This document shows, one piece after another, positions 1 to 11,487 of a stretch of DNA of 64,000 nucleotides. Source of the DNA: a virus (taxonomy: Duplodnaviria > Heunggongvirae > Uroviricota > Caudoviricetes); IMG/VR virus record IMGVR_UViG_2548876947_000004; one strand, given 5' to 3'. The notes under the pieces were generated by a model. The model was not told the origin of the DNA. It saw only the letters and a list, made by a program, of their open reading frames with translations, and made no database searches. The translations under genes and the position numbers were made by a program. Every line of letters starts with the position of its first letter. Position 1 is the stretch's first letter.

Positions 1-1413
1 CGTGCTCAACAGGGGGATCTTTTCACCGCTTGTGCCAAGTTCTCTTAAACCAAGGTATTGGATAACGGCCAGTGTGCTTGTTTTAGCCAGAATATCGCGA
101 CCGACTGACGTTAAATCAGTCTGAGCTACCGTATCCTTACCAGTGAAATAAGGCAGTTTGTTTGCACCAGTCGCAAGGGCAGCGAGAGCGGTTAAAGTTG
201 CATCCAGAGGCTGTTTGCCTGCCAGCGCATTTGTCATTGTTGTCGCAAAGTTCGGGTCATTGCCAAGTGCTGCGGCAAGCTCATTCAGGGTATCAAGAGC
301 TTCTGGTGATGAACCAACCAATGCGGATATGGCAGCTCTTACATAAGCGGTCGTAGCAATCTGCGTGTTATTCGTACCCTGTTCAGCGGTAGGCGCAGTA
401 GGTATTCCCGTTAATGCAGGACTTGCTAAAGGAGCTTTAAGAGCCAGAGCATTGTTGATAGTTGTGCTGAAATTCGGGTCGTTATTGATCGCAGCAGCTA
501 TTTCTTTAAGCGTATCCAGTGTGCCAGGTGCACCGTTGATAAGTGCCGTTATAGCTGCCTTAACAAAGGCTGTATTTGCGATCTGCGTGCTATTTGTACC
601 TTGCGCTGCCGTCGGCGCGGTTGGCGTTCCTGTCAGACTCGGGCTTTCTATTGGCGCTTTGGTATCAGCAAGATCTTTTACAGACTTAACGGCTTTAGGG
701 GTAGCCGCCATTGTTTCGCTGTCGCTGTTAGTTTCGCTACTGAGCTGAACTAATCCCTTTTGCGTTGTGCTTGCATCCTGCGCCGTATACTTGCTTTTCG
801 CCAGATCGTAGGCTTTTTTAACTGCCAGCGAACTTGCAGCAACATCACTTCTGCTACTGGTTACAGAGTCTGAAATATCAATGCCGATCGTGCGGTTAAT
901 ACGCTCGGATGTATCAATCATCTCCTGGGTAATGGCTGATACTCCAGCAGGGATATTCACCGTACAAACAAGCAGCTCCCCATCTCCTAACTGATATGAA
1001 TCGGTATAGGTTCTGGTAACAAATTCAGCCGCATGAATATGTGACGCGGTATTAACCTGATAGGTATCCTCTCCAAGGAGGTATCTTCCCTTCAGCACAA
1101 TTGCATATTTCTTACCTGCGCTAAGTGCAAGAGAAATATCCTTACGATGCTGAATAGTTACCTGGTAGAATTCACCAATATCCACTGACGCTGCGCCAGC
1201 AGTTTTATCACCATCCACAGAGGTGATTAACAGGTTCATCCCACCGCCAGGCTTAGGTAAGAAACCGGCATAAAATCCCGGGTCAACAATCCCCCTGAAT
1301 TTTCGGTTTAGCGCGGCTGACAGATATGGTTCGTGGTATTGCACATCAGCAACCAGAGCCAACGACTCGGGTGATGGGTAAGTAACCGATGTAACAACTG
1401 TAACGTCATTCAT
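1..1413 (-). CDS. S: Tail fibre protein, N-terminal (constant) part; partial, 3' end lies beyond window start
   Basis: Minus-strand ORF from ATG at 1413-1411 reads without stop to position 1 (MNDVTVVTSVTYPSPESLALVADVQYHEPYL...); contains tandem ~30-aa repeats PxLTGxPTAPTAxQGTNxTQIAxTA(F/Y)VxAAIxAL typical of myovirus side tail fibre shafts. Not in the ORF track because it has no stop in the window. Confidence 0.75.
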   Translation of the reverse strand, partial: MNDVTVVTSVTYPSPESLALVADVQYHEPYLSAALNRKFRGIVDPGFYAGFLPKPGGGMNLLITSVDGDKTAGAASVDIGEFYQVTIQHRKDISLALSAGKKYAIVLKGRYLLGEDTYQVNTASHIHAAEFVTRTYTDSYQLGDGELLVCTVNIPAGVSAITQEMIDTSERINRTIGIDISDSVTSSRSDVAASSLAVKKAYDLAKSKYTAQDASTTQKGLVQLSSETNSDSETMAATPKAVKSVKDLADTKAPIESPSLTGTPTAPTAAQGTNSTQIANTAFVKAAITALINGAPGTLDTLKEIAAAINNDPNFSTTINNALALKAPLASPALTGIPTAPTAEQGTNNTQIATTAYVRAAISALVGSSPEALDTLNELAAALGNDPNFATTMTNALAGKQPLDATLTALAALATGANKLPYFTGKDTVAQTDLTSVGRDILAKTSTLAVIQYLGLRELGTSGEKIPLLST

Positions 1414-1424
1414 CAAGCATATCC

Positions 1425-1859
1425 TTATGCTGTAGTCGTGTTTATGGCCATAACTGCGGTATATGTTTTGCCCACATACAGCGAGTCCTCCTGGACACAA
1501 ATAATGGCGATTGGCTTGTTCTCGTTATCCAGAACAACCAGAGTGTTGAATGGGTAGTTTTTCCCTTCCTGCAACTGGCTTTGATCAAGGTCCATTCGGA
1601 CAGTAATTATCCCACCTGAGTAGGTTGGCACGAGGTTGATGGTACAAAATTGGCTGGTCAGTTCTGCCAGATCGAAAGCCTTTGGCAGTTCTCCAATCTC
1701 ATAAGTGCCATCTCCTTTCTTAGTAACCAGAGAACTGGTACCGAAAACGGCCTTGCTGATTAAAAATCGAGAGCCTTTGTTAATGGACGATTCAGCGCGC
1801 CGCTGATAGTAATAGTCCAACAACTGACTCTTATAGAGGTTTGTTGAGACGTCAGACAT
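1425..1859 (-). CDS. Tail-fibre-associated structural protein (144 aa), position of P1 gene R
   Basis: Complete ORF immediately upstream of the fibre gene on the same strand; assignment by position only. Confidence 0.4.
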   Translation of the reverse strand: MSDVSTNLYKSQLLDYYYQRRAESSINKGSRFLISKAVFGTSSLVTKKGDGTYEIGELPKAFDLAELTSQFCTINLVPTYSGGIITVRMDLDQSQLQEGKNYPFNTLVVLDNENKPIAIICVQEDSLYVGKTYTAVMAINTTTA

Positions 1860-1937
1860 GATTTTCCCTAATCAATGTTGTGAAGCCTCATTGTAAGAGA
1901 AGTAACTTGTCACCCCGCCCTGCGGACGGGGTGATTG

Positions 1938-2777
1938 TCAGGCGTCGCTATCCAGCAACAAATCATCTGCGCGGGTGCGATCAAACGTAGGTGTCGCTTT
2001 CACAATAGTGCCACCAGGCGTTGCGGTGATCGGGGCGCTAATCGACGTAACTCCAGTAAGCGAAGTTGTATCCGAAGTTTCAAACCAGCAGAATGCTTTT
2101 TCGGTATCAGAAATCTCGTTCAAAGTGATCATGTCGGCCTGTTCATTTACAACAACCGACAAATAGAGCGTAAGCCCATCAAACACTATATGCAGTGGCA
2201 GTAGAGGCTTTACGAACTGATTAAACTTTCTGAGAATTTCTTCTGTAATTGCGGACTGATCTATCGTGCCAGTAATACCCATTGTCCGGGCCAGGTCGTT
2301 TATGGGAATACTGATCATCCCTCTGGAAGTCAGAAACATCTCGCCGAATGTGCCGCCGGTAGTCTCCAATGTGCTTTCTGGTATTAGAACTGTGCCATAG
2401 GGATGACGCTCAAGGTCCACCGGTGCATATATCGGATCCCATAAAACAGAAATACCGTTAAATTCGCGGTAAATTGTCTGGTTTATAGGACGTTCAGTTC
2501 CCTTAAAGTGGATCTCATCAAGCCGCTGTTGTAACAACATCGGAACGGAAGATGAGTTCGAGGTTCTGATAGTAAAGAACTGGCCAAGTTCATTTGTCCT
2601 GGTCTCCAGATCCTCCTTGCTCATGGAGAAAATAGACTTCCGGTTGGTAATTCGCTCCAACCATGGGTCAACAAAGGTGTCCATCATTGACTGAATCAAA
2701 TCAGCCAATGATTTATAGAGCAATGACTTTTGCTTAGCTGATGTAAGCCGGTTATTAAACCAGGAACGCTGCATCAC
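1938..2777 (-). CDS. Baseplate/tail structural protein (279 aa)
   Basis: ORF in co-oriented structural block; stop overlaps start of upstream gene (translational coupling). Confidence 0.4.
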   Translation of the reverse strand: MMQRSWFNNRLTSAKQKSLLYKSLADLIQSMMDTFVDPWLERITNRKSIFSMSKEDLETRTNELGQFFTIRTSNSSSVPMLLQQRLDEIHFKGTERPINQTIYREFNGISVLWDPIYAPVDLERHPYGTVLIPESTLETTGGTFGEMFLTSRGMISIPINDLARTMGITGTIDQSAITEEILRKFNQFVKPLLPLHIVFDGLTLYLSVVVNEQADMITLNEISDTEKAFCWFETSDTTSLTGVTSISAPITATPGGTIVKATPTFDRTRADDLLLDSDA

Positions 2778-4207
2778 TCCTCCTCATACGAAATATTAAA
2801 GGTGGAGTTTTCTGTATCCAGATAAACGAAATCGTAAAAGCCGTTGGACTCATTCCACTCGACAAATTCCAGATAAAAGTCGCGGAAATAACCCAGCGTT
2901 TCGATAAACGCCCAAACGTCTTTTTTCTTAATCAGGATGTACTTCCCGACGCGGTTCGGATCAAAGAAAGTTGAGTCGCGCCCAAATTTTGTTTCCAGCG
3001 CCGACTTCAGCTCATCGGTCACATTCTCAATGGTCAGGCTTGCCGATATCCGTCCGGTGATGGTTATCTTAAATGGTAGTTTTCTGACCTCTTTATACGA
3101 GAATTTCTTGTTCAACTCATTCGGCACCTTCTTAAAGGCAGCCAGGATCATTTCTTCAAGCTCTGACTGGCTTTTATTTGGATGCCACCCTGAAATAAAT
3201 ATCTTATTGATATTCCGAACATTATAAGCACCATCTAATTTCTCTTGCCGGCCTTCGCCCCATGCCTTTACCCAGGACAGTCCCGGGATGTTACGCACCA
3301 GAAAATACGTATAGTCCCCGCCCCATACGACCTGATCATCATAGGCAAGGTAATATTGTGCACGGTTACGTGTGATCTCCGTTGTTTCGGCATCGGTACC
3401 TGCGGTTATAGGTGTCGTTGTCTTAACTGAAATCATATTAGCTAAATTAGCCGCAGAATCGACAGGCGTCAGGTTTTGGCCAGCAACCAGGGTTATATCG
3501 CCGTTGGTGCACCATACCTTAAGCGTAATGGTCGAGCCTTCTGGCGGTATTTGCCCAATTAGCCCATCACCGAATCGAACCCCCAACTGCTCGGATGGTT
3601 TATAAAACTCAACGTAGACCTGGCTTTTACTACCGGCTAACCGGAACATAGTGCTGGAAGACCACTGCGTGGTCTTACCATCGGTCGTCACGAATACTTC
3701 CAGCTTATAGCAGACAGCAGTGAGAGCCTTTGATAACACGACTTCCAGAAATTCTTTGGCTGCCGTAACGGTATATGTCACCTCCTGGATTTCCAACTGT
3801 GCCACTTCTACCGTACCGGTGCCGTCAACCAACCTGCATACATCCATAGTCATGTAAGGATACTGGTCGTCAGATATTAAAGGCATGTTTTTGGGGATTA
3901 CCGCTGGGGCATCTTCACTTGTGGCGGTGATCTCAATCATCCCCGATGACGGTGTTGGCTTGGTACCAACGTAACTATTCGTTTCTGCCGCTGCCAGGAT
4001 AGAAGAACGCCGCGTCGCGGTCGATATAAAGCCTTCAGCCAGCGCCGCATCGGCATACTGAAAGCACCTGTAGACAATCTGGGTAATAAACAATGTCAGC
4101 ATCGAGACAAATTGAGAGCCGACAAACTTCGACCAGAATGAATCTTTCTCGACAAGCTCTTCAAACTCTGCACGAATACTGTCTTTAGTAGGTGTTGTTT
4201 TACTCAT
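2774..4207 (-). CDS. Baseplate structural protein (477 aa)
   Basis: Long ORF, 4-nt overlaps with both neighbours; position between small baseplate protein and fibre genes. Confidence 0.4.
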   Translation of the reverse strand: MSKTTPTKDSIRAEFEELVEKDSFWSKFVGSQFVSMLTLFITQIVYRCFQYADAALAEGFISTATRRSSILAAAETNSYVGTKPTPSSGMIEITATSEDAPAVIPKNMPLISDDQYPYMTMDVCRLVDGTGTVEVAQLEIQEVTYTVTAAKEFLEVVLSKALTAVCYKLEVFVTTDGKTTQWSSSTMFRLAGSKSQVYVEFYKPSEQLGVRFGDGLIGQIPPEGSTITLKVWCTNGDITLVAGQNLTPVDSAANLANMISVKTTTPITAGTDAETTEITRNRAQYYLAYDDQVVWGGDYTYFLVRNIPGLSWVKAWGEGRQEKLDGAYNVRNINKIFISGWHPNKSQSELEEMILAAFKKVPNELNKKFSYKEVRKLPFKITITGRISASLTIENVTDELKSALETKFGRDSTFFDPNRVGKYILIKKKDVWAFIETLGYFRDFYLEFVEWNESNGFYDFVYLDTENSTFNISYEEE

Positions 4208-4563
4208 AGCACCACGTCCTGTGTGATAGTTATATCCCTGATACGAATGGATATTTTCAACTTATCAAAAGCATCTCCCTCGGCTACTGACAAGCCAGAA
4301 ATCGGTATGTCGGGTAAATCTACCGTCAGTTTTTGCAAAAGCATTGCTTCAACCGCAATTTGAACATGCGACAAGTTGGTCGGTTCGTGTTTAAACTGCG
4401 GTAAAACATTGCCCCATGACGGATCTCCGTATACCTCACCCTGATAAGTGTTTAGCCACTCATATAAACGAGCGCCCCAGGCCTCCTCCTGGGACTCATA
4501 CGTTTTTACGCCGGATAACTCCAGCGTCAGCAAAGGATCAATTTCGTTATTGTTGGCCATCAA
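4204..4563 (-). CDS. Small baseplate protein (119 aa), possibly gp25/GPW-like
   Basis: Size and position immediately downstream of tape-measure gene; weak resemblance to baseplate wedge proteins. Confidence 0.35.
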   Translation of the reverse strand: MMANNNEIDPLLTLELSGVKTYESQEEAWGARLYEWLNTYQGEVYGDPSWGNVLPQFKHEPTNLSHVQIAVEAMLLQKLTVDLPDIPISGLSVAEGDAFDKLKISIRIRDITITQDVVL

Positions 4564-7500
4564 TCAACTCTCGCGTAGTCATTCATCAACGGATCATCAA
4601 TTGACAGTGGTACCGTGCGCATAACGCCCGGCTGAGGCGTGCTGACCTTTACGACAGTTCCCTGGCCTTTCGCCGAGTCTTTAGTGTGCACTTCAATCCT
4701 GGCAAGCAATGAGGTCATCTGCGCAAACAGCCGCTTCGTTTCACCATCAAGTGAAACGGTATTATCAGCCAACTGCATTGTCGGCTTGGCACCGGAGCCG
4801 CCAAGGTCACTAATAACCTGTCCGTCTATCTGCATACGACCGGTTGGTTGCTGCAAATCGTTGGCGGCAGTCGTCACCTGGAACGTGGAGGCTGGTTGAG
4901 GAGAATTATTTGAGCGCATTCCCCGGGCATTAATGAGTTTGTCATACAGTCCATCAATCCCCATTTGTGCGCCGAGCTGGTCAAAGTAACTTGAGTTGCT
5001 GGCCACCGGACGCGCCTCTTCAACTGGCATCGGAGTATCAACATACACATTGCCAGCTGCTGTTGCGGTCCCATTTCCTCGTGCACGTTCTTCGAGGGTT
5101 CCCTGGACGACTTCTCGACGCATCCCCCGACCATTCATGAATTTGTTGACCAGATCGTTAACGCCAACAGCATTACCGATTTTGTCTACCAGACCGCCCT
5201 TCTCAAACGGGCTATCACCAGGGGTAAACGCCAGGCCAGTAGACTGATCGATAACGGCGTTATCAGGCAGTGGTCCCCTCACTCCATATTGCGCCCCCCC
5301 CTGTGCTCCTGCCCCTGGTGTATAGATTTCACCACCTAAATAGCGAGCACGATGAGTATTGACCTTGATCGCGTACTCACGGTTTTCTTTCGATAAGTCA
5401 CCTGTGCCTTTTTTCCACCTATTAATAGTGCCAAACCCAGCGTTATATGCAGTGATGGCCTCGTTTAAGTCTCCATTGGCTTGCTTCAGATACTTGCTCA
5501 TGAGAAGAGCCGCAGCTTCTGCCGATTTCACAGGATCAAATGCATCCGGTTCCGATATCCCTGTCTCTTTACGAGCAATACTCGTGAACTGGAACATCCC
5601 GAGTGCGCCACCACTTAACTTTCCATCTGGTGATCTTGTAAGCGGAGACTTTGCGTTAGGATCCCCTCCTGATTCAGTTGCAGCAATCGCGTAAAGAGTG
5701 CCTTCAGGAAGACCATATTTATTCTCTAGTTCAGCAAAATACGGAGCTAACTTATCGAGATTTGCCTTACCTTCAGCGCCAAGGCTTCCGACTTTTACAT
5801 CTAAGTTGCCATTATTGTAGGTATCAGCAGCTTTCTGAATGTCATTCCCAGTGCCGGTGGTATTACGCGACGATGATGACGAGCTATTTTGTCCAATAGC
5901 TGAATCAATTTTCCGCACCGCGCTATTGCCCGTTTCTACGGCATTTGCATTGATAATCTGATTGGCAGTTTCTTTAACTGTTTTATTGCTATCTTTCGCC
6001 GTGTCCAGTGCCGCATTTATCACGCGGGTAGCAATATTAGTCTGTTTAGCATCGGATTCAGTTTTAGAATCAGATGTCTCCTGGTGGCTATTAACCGGAG
6101 CTTTTAACTCTGGAGTGATTTCTTTTGCATTAGCCTCGCCGATCGGATTGGGTATTTTTGATACAATCATTGCCGCAGGGGTATTTTTAACGGCATCAAC
6201 CGCTGCATCTAATGCTTTACCGGGTAAATTTTTAACCCCATCCCAAATATTACCAGCCGCCTCTTTAATGTGTTTCCCTGGGTTCTTAATGAAGTCAATT
6301 GCACTATCAATTGCATCACTGAAAACCTGTTTCAGGTTATCGACAGTAAAGAAGTCTTTGATGGCATCCAGCTTTTCAAGCAACTTATTAGATGTATCGC
6401 TAAACCATGCTGAAACAGCATCACCAATCTTTGCTGTGTAATCATCGAACTTGGTAGAAATGGTGTCGCCAAGGTTAGAAATATATGTTTCTAAGTTGGT
6501 AACCCCGCTATCAATGGCCTGGGCAATACTTTCCGTCGAAAATGATTGCAACATATTGCCGATATCCTCAAATCCAAGTGATTTGAGAACATCACCAATA
6601 GCACTGCTAATACCAGATACCAGTCCCCCCAAATCAAGAACATTGGCTAACGTATAAGCGGCTTTTTGCTGGAATGATGGATCTTGTCCTGATTTAAGCC
6701 CAAACGCCCGACGTTGCGCTTCTGTATCATTCCAACCGGTTACCGCATCATAAATACCTCCAGCCACTGTGCCGACCAGGGGAATTGCGCGTAACGCCCC
6801 TTTACCAACTGCCTTTAATCCAAGTTTACCTGCTGCCCGGGCAGCCAAATCTCCGCCTTCATGGGCGAGAGTCTTCTTGCCCCCACCGCGTAGCATTCCT
6901 ACGAGTCTCTTTGCCCCCAGAGCGCCAAAAGCGAGTGCTCCAGCTTTTTTCAGCATGCCACGCCCCATTAACAACGACGCGACGCCACCGGCCCCCTTCC
7001 CTAACAGGCTAAATAGTTTAGACAGCAAGCCGCCCTTCTTTTTCCCGGTGTTTTTGGCTATCTGATCAAGGGCGCTGAGAATCTTGTCATTGCCCTCTTT
7101 AATTTCGCTGGTCTGCTCCTGAAGATCCTGAACCGTCCGTTTTTGGGTGTTAACCTGAACGACATCGGCACTATTTTGCGATTTACGCCTAAAAAAACCT
7201 TTTCTACGGCTGTTATCGTCATTGCCACGAATCACATCGGCAATAGACTTTCTGGCACCATTAAGCGATCCACCAACTTCTTTTGATATCCCGCCAAGCT
7301 CCTTCCCTGCTGCCCACAATGGACCAGCAACGGCATAACCTAACGCATCGACGGCACGAGTCTCTGAAGGGTTACCTATGCCTTCAGCTACTTTTGACAG
7401 TTTTTTTAATAAACCTGATTCAGCATTTAGACGCTCATCATCCTCTTTGCGCCTGGCCTTTTCTGCTCGTTCAGCACGGGCATCTTCCGCTGCGGCCTTA

Positions 7501-7982
7501 CTCCCTGACTTTCCAATAAAACGACCACGCGCATCGCGTTGGTTTTGGCTTTTTTGCGCACCGCCTTTTTGACCGAACATTTCGCGAGCGTGTTCGGCTG
7601 CTTCGGTCCGTTGCACCTTTACATCTTCTGTTATAGCCTTCTTGCGTCGTTTTTTACCCTTTCGCGTAGTTGATTTGGCCTGCGGTTCCTGTAGAGCAAC
7701 ATCCTCCTGAACTACACGAGAAACGTCCCCTAAATTAAGCCGTTTCATTGCGTCAACAATAGGGTCTACGGATGGCGCTTTGGCCACAAAGTCAGGCCGG
7801 GAATTTTCGATTATGCGATTTAATGCCGACACGCTGCGAGAGACAGGATCAACAGTTGCAACGCGTCCCCCTTTCAAATCTTCAACAGCTTCCCGGATAC
7901 CTGCAAGCTCTTCCAGCTCTTTTGCGCTGGCGGTTTCAACTATCCTTATAACATCGTCAATGTTGGCGTTTTTTCTTTCCAT
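4560..7982 (-). CDS. sit: Tape-measure-like injection protein with soluble lytic transglycosylase domain (1140 aa)
   Basis: Long ORF with Gly/Lys-rich coiled segments and an SLT-type motif region (...AIAATESGGDPNAK...GALGMFQFTSIARKETG...AITAYNAGFG...); size and context match P1 Sit as I recall it. Confidence 0.85.
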   Translation of the reverse strand: MERKNANIDDVIRIVETASAKELEELAGIREAVEDLKGGRVATVDPVSRSVSALNRIIENSRPDFVAKAPSVDPIVDAMKRLNLGDVSRVVQEDVALQEPQAKSTTRKGKKRRKKAITEDVKVQRTEAAEHAREMFGQKGGAQKSQNQRDARGRFIGKSGSKAAAEDARAERAEKARRKEDDERLNAESGLLKKLSKVAEGIGNPSETRAVDALGYAVAGPLWAAGKELGGISKEVGGSLNGARKSIADVIRGNDDNSRRKGFFRRKSQNSADVVQVNTQKRTVQDLQEQTSEIKEGNDKILSALDQIAKNTGKKKGGLLSKLFSLLGKGAGGVASLLMGRGMLKKAGALAFGALGAKRLVGMLRGGGKKTLAHEGGDLAARAAGKLGLKAVGKGALRAIPLVGTVAGGIYDAVTGWNDTEAQRRAFGLKSGQDPSFQQKAAYTLANVLDLGGLVSGISSAIGDVLKSLGFEDIGNMLQSFSTESIAQAIDSGVTNLETYISNLGDTISTKFDDYTAKIGDAVSAWFSDTSNKLLEKLDAIKDFFTVDNLKQVFSDAIDSAIDFIKNPGKHIKEAAGNIWDGVKNLPGKALDAAVDAVKNTPAAMIVSKIPNPIGEANAKEITPELKAPVNSHQETSDSKTESDAKQTNIATRVINAALDTAKDSNKTVKETANQIINANAVETGNSAVRKIDSAIGQNSSSSSSRNTTGTGNDIQKAADTYNNGNLDVKVGSLGAEGKANLDKLAPYFAELENKYGLPEGTLYAIAATESGGDPNAKSPLTRSPDGKLSGGALGMFQFTSIARKETGISEPDAFDPVKSAEAAALLMSKYLKQANGDLNEAITAYNAGFGTINRWKKGTGDLSKENREYAIKVNTHRARYLGGEIYTPGAGAQGGAQYGVRGPLPDNAVIDQSTGLAFTPGDSPFEKGGLVDKIGNAVGVNDLVNKFMNGRGMRREVVQGTLEERARGNGTATAAGNVYVDTPMPVEEARPVASNSSYFDQLGAQMGIDGLYDKLINARGMRSNNSPQPASTFQVTTAANDLQQPTGRMQIDGQVISDLGGSGAKPTMQLADNTVSLDGETKRLFAQMTSLLARIEVHTKDSAKGQGTVVKVSTPQPGVMRTVPLSIDDPLMNDYARVD

Positions 7983-8063
7983 GATCTTATCGCCTACCGT
8001 TTCGGTTTAAGTTTTTCTTCCAGTTTCTCCAACAGGAAAAACGCATAGGATTCAGTAAGCCTT

Positions 8064-8945
8064 TCAGCGTCCTGAATCGGTATACCCCCATACAAAACCA
8101 GGTTGGACACTAAGGTCTGATAGCTTTTCAATCCCCACCTGTGGAATGAAGTCGGTAGCCCGAAAGGGCACCCACAGACGGGTATACGCACCCTCTGTGG
8201 ACTCCTTTTTATCCTGATTTGGGCATTTATGCGGCGGGAGACGAAGACGCATTTCACCTTTATCGATGTAGCACGGTAAACCATGTTCGAGCTTTTCATG
8301 AGCCAGTCGGATGTGTGCCGCCAGCTTCATAAATTCAGTATTAATGGCCATCCGTTTAATCGTTTCATAACGACGCTCAGCCTGATCTTCACGAGTACCG
8401 CTAACATCGTTATAAAGCTCACACTGATAAGCGAATTCCCAAAAACGCAAATCAACGATCGCTTCTTTGAATTCCGCGTCGTCTTCAGGTGGCAATGCTG
8501 CACGGCGCATCTCCAGCATTTCCATTGCCCAACCATCAAGCGGCACGATACGCCATTGATAAGGCACGCCCTCTACAGACACCTCAATATCGTCAATGAA
8601 CGGTTCCACTTCCAGGACCTGGATATCTTCAGCCAGAGCATTCATATCGCAATCGTAATAATGCTCTTTACCGCAATGTTTACAGGTGTAGGTGAATGTC
8701 TCGACCGGTGTTTCACGGGAGCCGGTAAATATCCACCATAACGCGGTAATCCGGTCCTGTGCCGTCCATTTCAGTGGATCATGTTTCGCAGGTTCAGCCA
8801 GCAAGGCTTTTAAATACGCCGTTGTCTGCTGTTCTTGTTCCTCCGGTGTTATCGAGTTGAAACGCATCGCATCAGCAATATTTGGCTGACGGAACTGGAT
8901 TAATTCAGTTGGCCGCGATGGTAGCGGGAAAAGGGGTAAAAGCAT
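8064..8945 (-). CDS. Hypothetical virion-associated protein with CxxC-x-CxC motif (293 aa)
   Basis: ORF in tail block; contains YTCKHCGKEHYYDCD zinc-ribbon-like motif. True start uncertain. Confidence 0.4.
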   Translation of the reverse strand: MLLPLFPLPSRPTELIQFRQPNIADAMRFNSITPEEQEQQTTAYLKALLAEPAKHDPLKWTAQDRITALWWIFTGSRETPVETFTYTCKHCGKEHYYDCDMNALAEDIQVLEVEPFIDDIEVSVEGVPYQWRIVPLDGWAMEMLEMRRAALPPEDDAEFKEAIVDLRFWEFAYQCELYNDVSGTREDQAERRYETIKRMAINTEFMKLAAHIRLAHEKLEHGLPCYIDKGEMRLRLPPHKCPNQDKKESTEGAYTRLWVPFRATDFIPQVGIEKLSDLSVQPGFVWGYTDSGR

Positions 8946-8959
8946 CCTTGCTCCTTAAT

Positions 8960-9571
8960 TTAAAGCGAAAAACTAAAGCCCAGAAGGGAAGCTAAAGAAC
9001 TTGAGGATTGGTTAAACGTGCTGTGCAATGCGAAGGTCATTGGGAATGACTTAAATTCCGTAACCTGATCCCGCGCATAGGTGACATCGCCGGTAGTGAC
9101 CGGGAATACCGTCATCTCATTTTCCAGTTTGGTTAAACCGGAGGACAGCAACCGATAAATACGCACATTGAGCAAATATTTAGACGGTATATTCCCGGTA
9201 CCGTCCGGATTGATCACCCGACTTTTTGCCGTCTTAAACCAGTCCAAAACGAGGCCATCAACGGTATCCCTGACCATCATTGTTATCTGCCCAGGCGAAC
9301 GCTCAGTTGGCTGAAGGATATTCCCTCCGCCGATTTTAATCGTTTCATATTCGATGCTGTAATCGTGGTAGGTAATGTCTTTAGCAAAGAAGTCTGCCCC
9401 CTCCAGACCATCAACTTCGACAGAGAACTGCCATCCTTGCGCGAACAGCATTTTGTTCATGATGATTGACGTCAGCTTACCAACTTCCCGCTCACCAACG
9501 CCGGAGCCAAATAATGTCGTCGTTAATGCCGAAGATACATAAGACTTTACTGAAGCAACATTAAGCCCCAT
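8960..9571 (-). CDS. Hypothetical structural protein (203 aa)
   Basis: ORF, co-oriented, compact spacing. Confidence 0.4.
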   Translation of the reverse strand: MGLNVASVKSYVSSALTTTLFGSGVGEREVGKLTSIIMNKMLFAQGWQFSVEVDGLEGADFFAKDITYHDYSIEYETIKIGGGNILQPTERSPGQITMMVRDTVDGLVLDWFKTAKSRVINPDGTGNIPSKYLLNVRIYRLLSSGLTKLENEMTVFPVTTGDVTYARDQVTEFKSFPMTFALHSTFNQSSSSLASLLGFSFSL

Positions 9572-9581
9572 ATCAGCTCCC

Positions 9582-10172
<591 letters not shown>

Positions 10173-10302
10173 TTAACCGATTCTACGAGTTGTCATTTGT
10201 TACCGGTCAGTCTACACATTTCAGATACTACGTTAAAACAACTCAAGTGCTTCAAGTAGCACATCGTCATCAACATCCAGCCCCAAGGTACGGAGATAAA
10301 AT

Positions 10303-11487
10303 TCAAGCCTTAAGAGGCTTTGTGTATGTTCGTGTAATCCATCCAGTAATAAACTCGTCCCCTGATTTAACCTGCACGAAAAGCCATTGGCGATCTTTTT
10401 TATCTAAAATAGCAACAATTGTGTTTTTGCCAATGCATTCAATCACTTCACTGTTTAAAGAAGGACTGACATGTAATCTTACGTTATCACCAGTTATAAA
10501 CCTAAAACCATTGAGATCTTCCCACTTAATTTCTGTGTTTTCTTTAATTAATTTTTGTTTTGATATTGGTGTATCCTCATATAGGGATACAGAATATGAT
10601 TCTGTCTTGTGTATTTGCGATAAGATTTGTTCTTTTGCATAATCAGCAATGGCACCAAGCACCACTTCTGTTAAAAACCACATAATAATAAACTGAAGCG
10701 GGTGAGGGAGCGCCTTAAATGAGTCAATAAACGTCGAACTGGATTTATTTAATCCTTTGTTTTGAACATCACTTTCGTTGTGAGATGTTTCAATAGCACC
10801 TTCAACATAATCCTGAGCAATTGTTGATAGACCTTGCTCCATTATTTGATGAAATGAAGCATTTTGTTCTTGAATATGTTTATTTAATAATTCTTTTATT
10901 TCATTGTTTGAATCTATCTTGTGAGTTACATTTTGCCGCAGGTACTTTAGTATCTCCTGCACGTTATTTAAACCAGCTTGCTTATTAAGCATATCGGACT
11001 GGTTTCGTAACGACATAGAAACTCTTACCTGCCTCCTTAGCATTTTGTATATATTTGCATCATGAGGGGGGTAAGCCTTGTTCAGTTTCTGTAAAATTTC
11101 AATATGGTTGCGATACTCATTGCCTACTTCTGCCAAAATCGACCTACTCGAAAACTGTTTTCGAATGTAATCACGAATTAAGGCCGGTGTATTCAACCTT
11201 GCAATTTGCTCTTGAGCATAGCGTCCTATTCCTAACTGTTTTTGCAATATTTCTACATGCTCTTTATACGATGGAATCTTGCCTACGTTTTTTTGCAGTT
11301 TCGCTAACTGTTTAGCCAAATTATTAGAAGCATATTCTGATTTTAATAAATCACTTACCGATTTGTATTCTGGTGTTTTTATTTTATTTAAATAATCACG
11401 CAAAATAATATTTGCATCTTTATTATAAAGCTCGCTTACTGAGCCAAGAGCAAGTTTTTTAATGTCCTTCACTTTATTCACCGTCAT
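10303..11487 (-). CDS. Lys/Asn-rich protein with one hydrophobic segment and C-terminal SH3-like domain (394 aa); cassette gene 3
   Basis: ORF in markedly AT-rich DNA (a hand-counted 60-nt sample is ~32% GC); hydrophobic stretch LQFIIMWFLTEVVLGAIA; C-terminal ...GFRFITGDNVRLHVSPS...WLFVQVKSGDEFITGWITRTY resembles bacterial SH3 domains. Start overlaps upstream gene by 14 nt. Confidence 0.5.
   Translation of the reverse strand: MTVNKVKDIKKLALGSVSELYNKDANIILRDYLNKIKTPEYKSVSDLLKSEYASNNLAKQLAKLQKNVGKIPSYKEHVEILQKQLGIGRYAQEQIARLNTPALIRDYIRKQFSSRSILAEVGNEYRNHIEILQKLNKAYPPHDANIYKMLRRQVRVSMSLRNQSDMLNKQAGLNNVQEILKYLRQNVTHKIDSNNEIKELLNKHIQEQNASFHQIMEQGLSTIAQDYVEGAIETSHNESDVQNKGLNKSSSTFIDSFKALPHPLQFIIMWFLTEVVLGAIADYAKEQILSQIHKTESYSVSLYEDTPISKQKLIKENTEIKWEDLNGFRFITGDNVRLHVSPSLNSEVIECIGKNTIVAILDKKDRQWLFVQVKSGDEFITGWITRTYTKPLKA

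Noticed and set aside
158-748. Plus-strand ORFs (62-127 aa) overlapping the start of the window
   Set aside because: They lie antisense to the long uninterrupted tail-fibre reading frame (minus strand, 1-1413) and are repetitive, Ala/Val-rich translations of its repeat region; treated as spurious.
4416-7572. Multiple short ORFs on both strands inside the Sit gene
   Set aside because: All are nested within or antisense to the 1140-codon sit ORF, with no ribosome-binding sites noted; by-products of a long GC-balanced gene.
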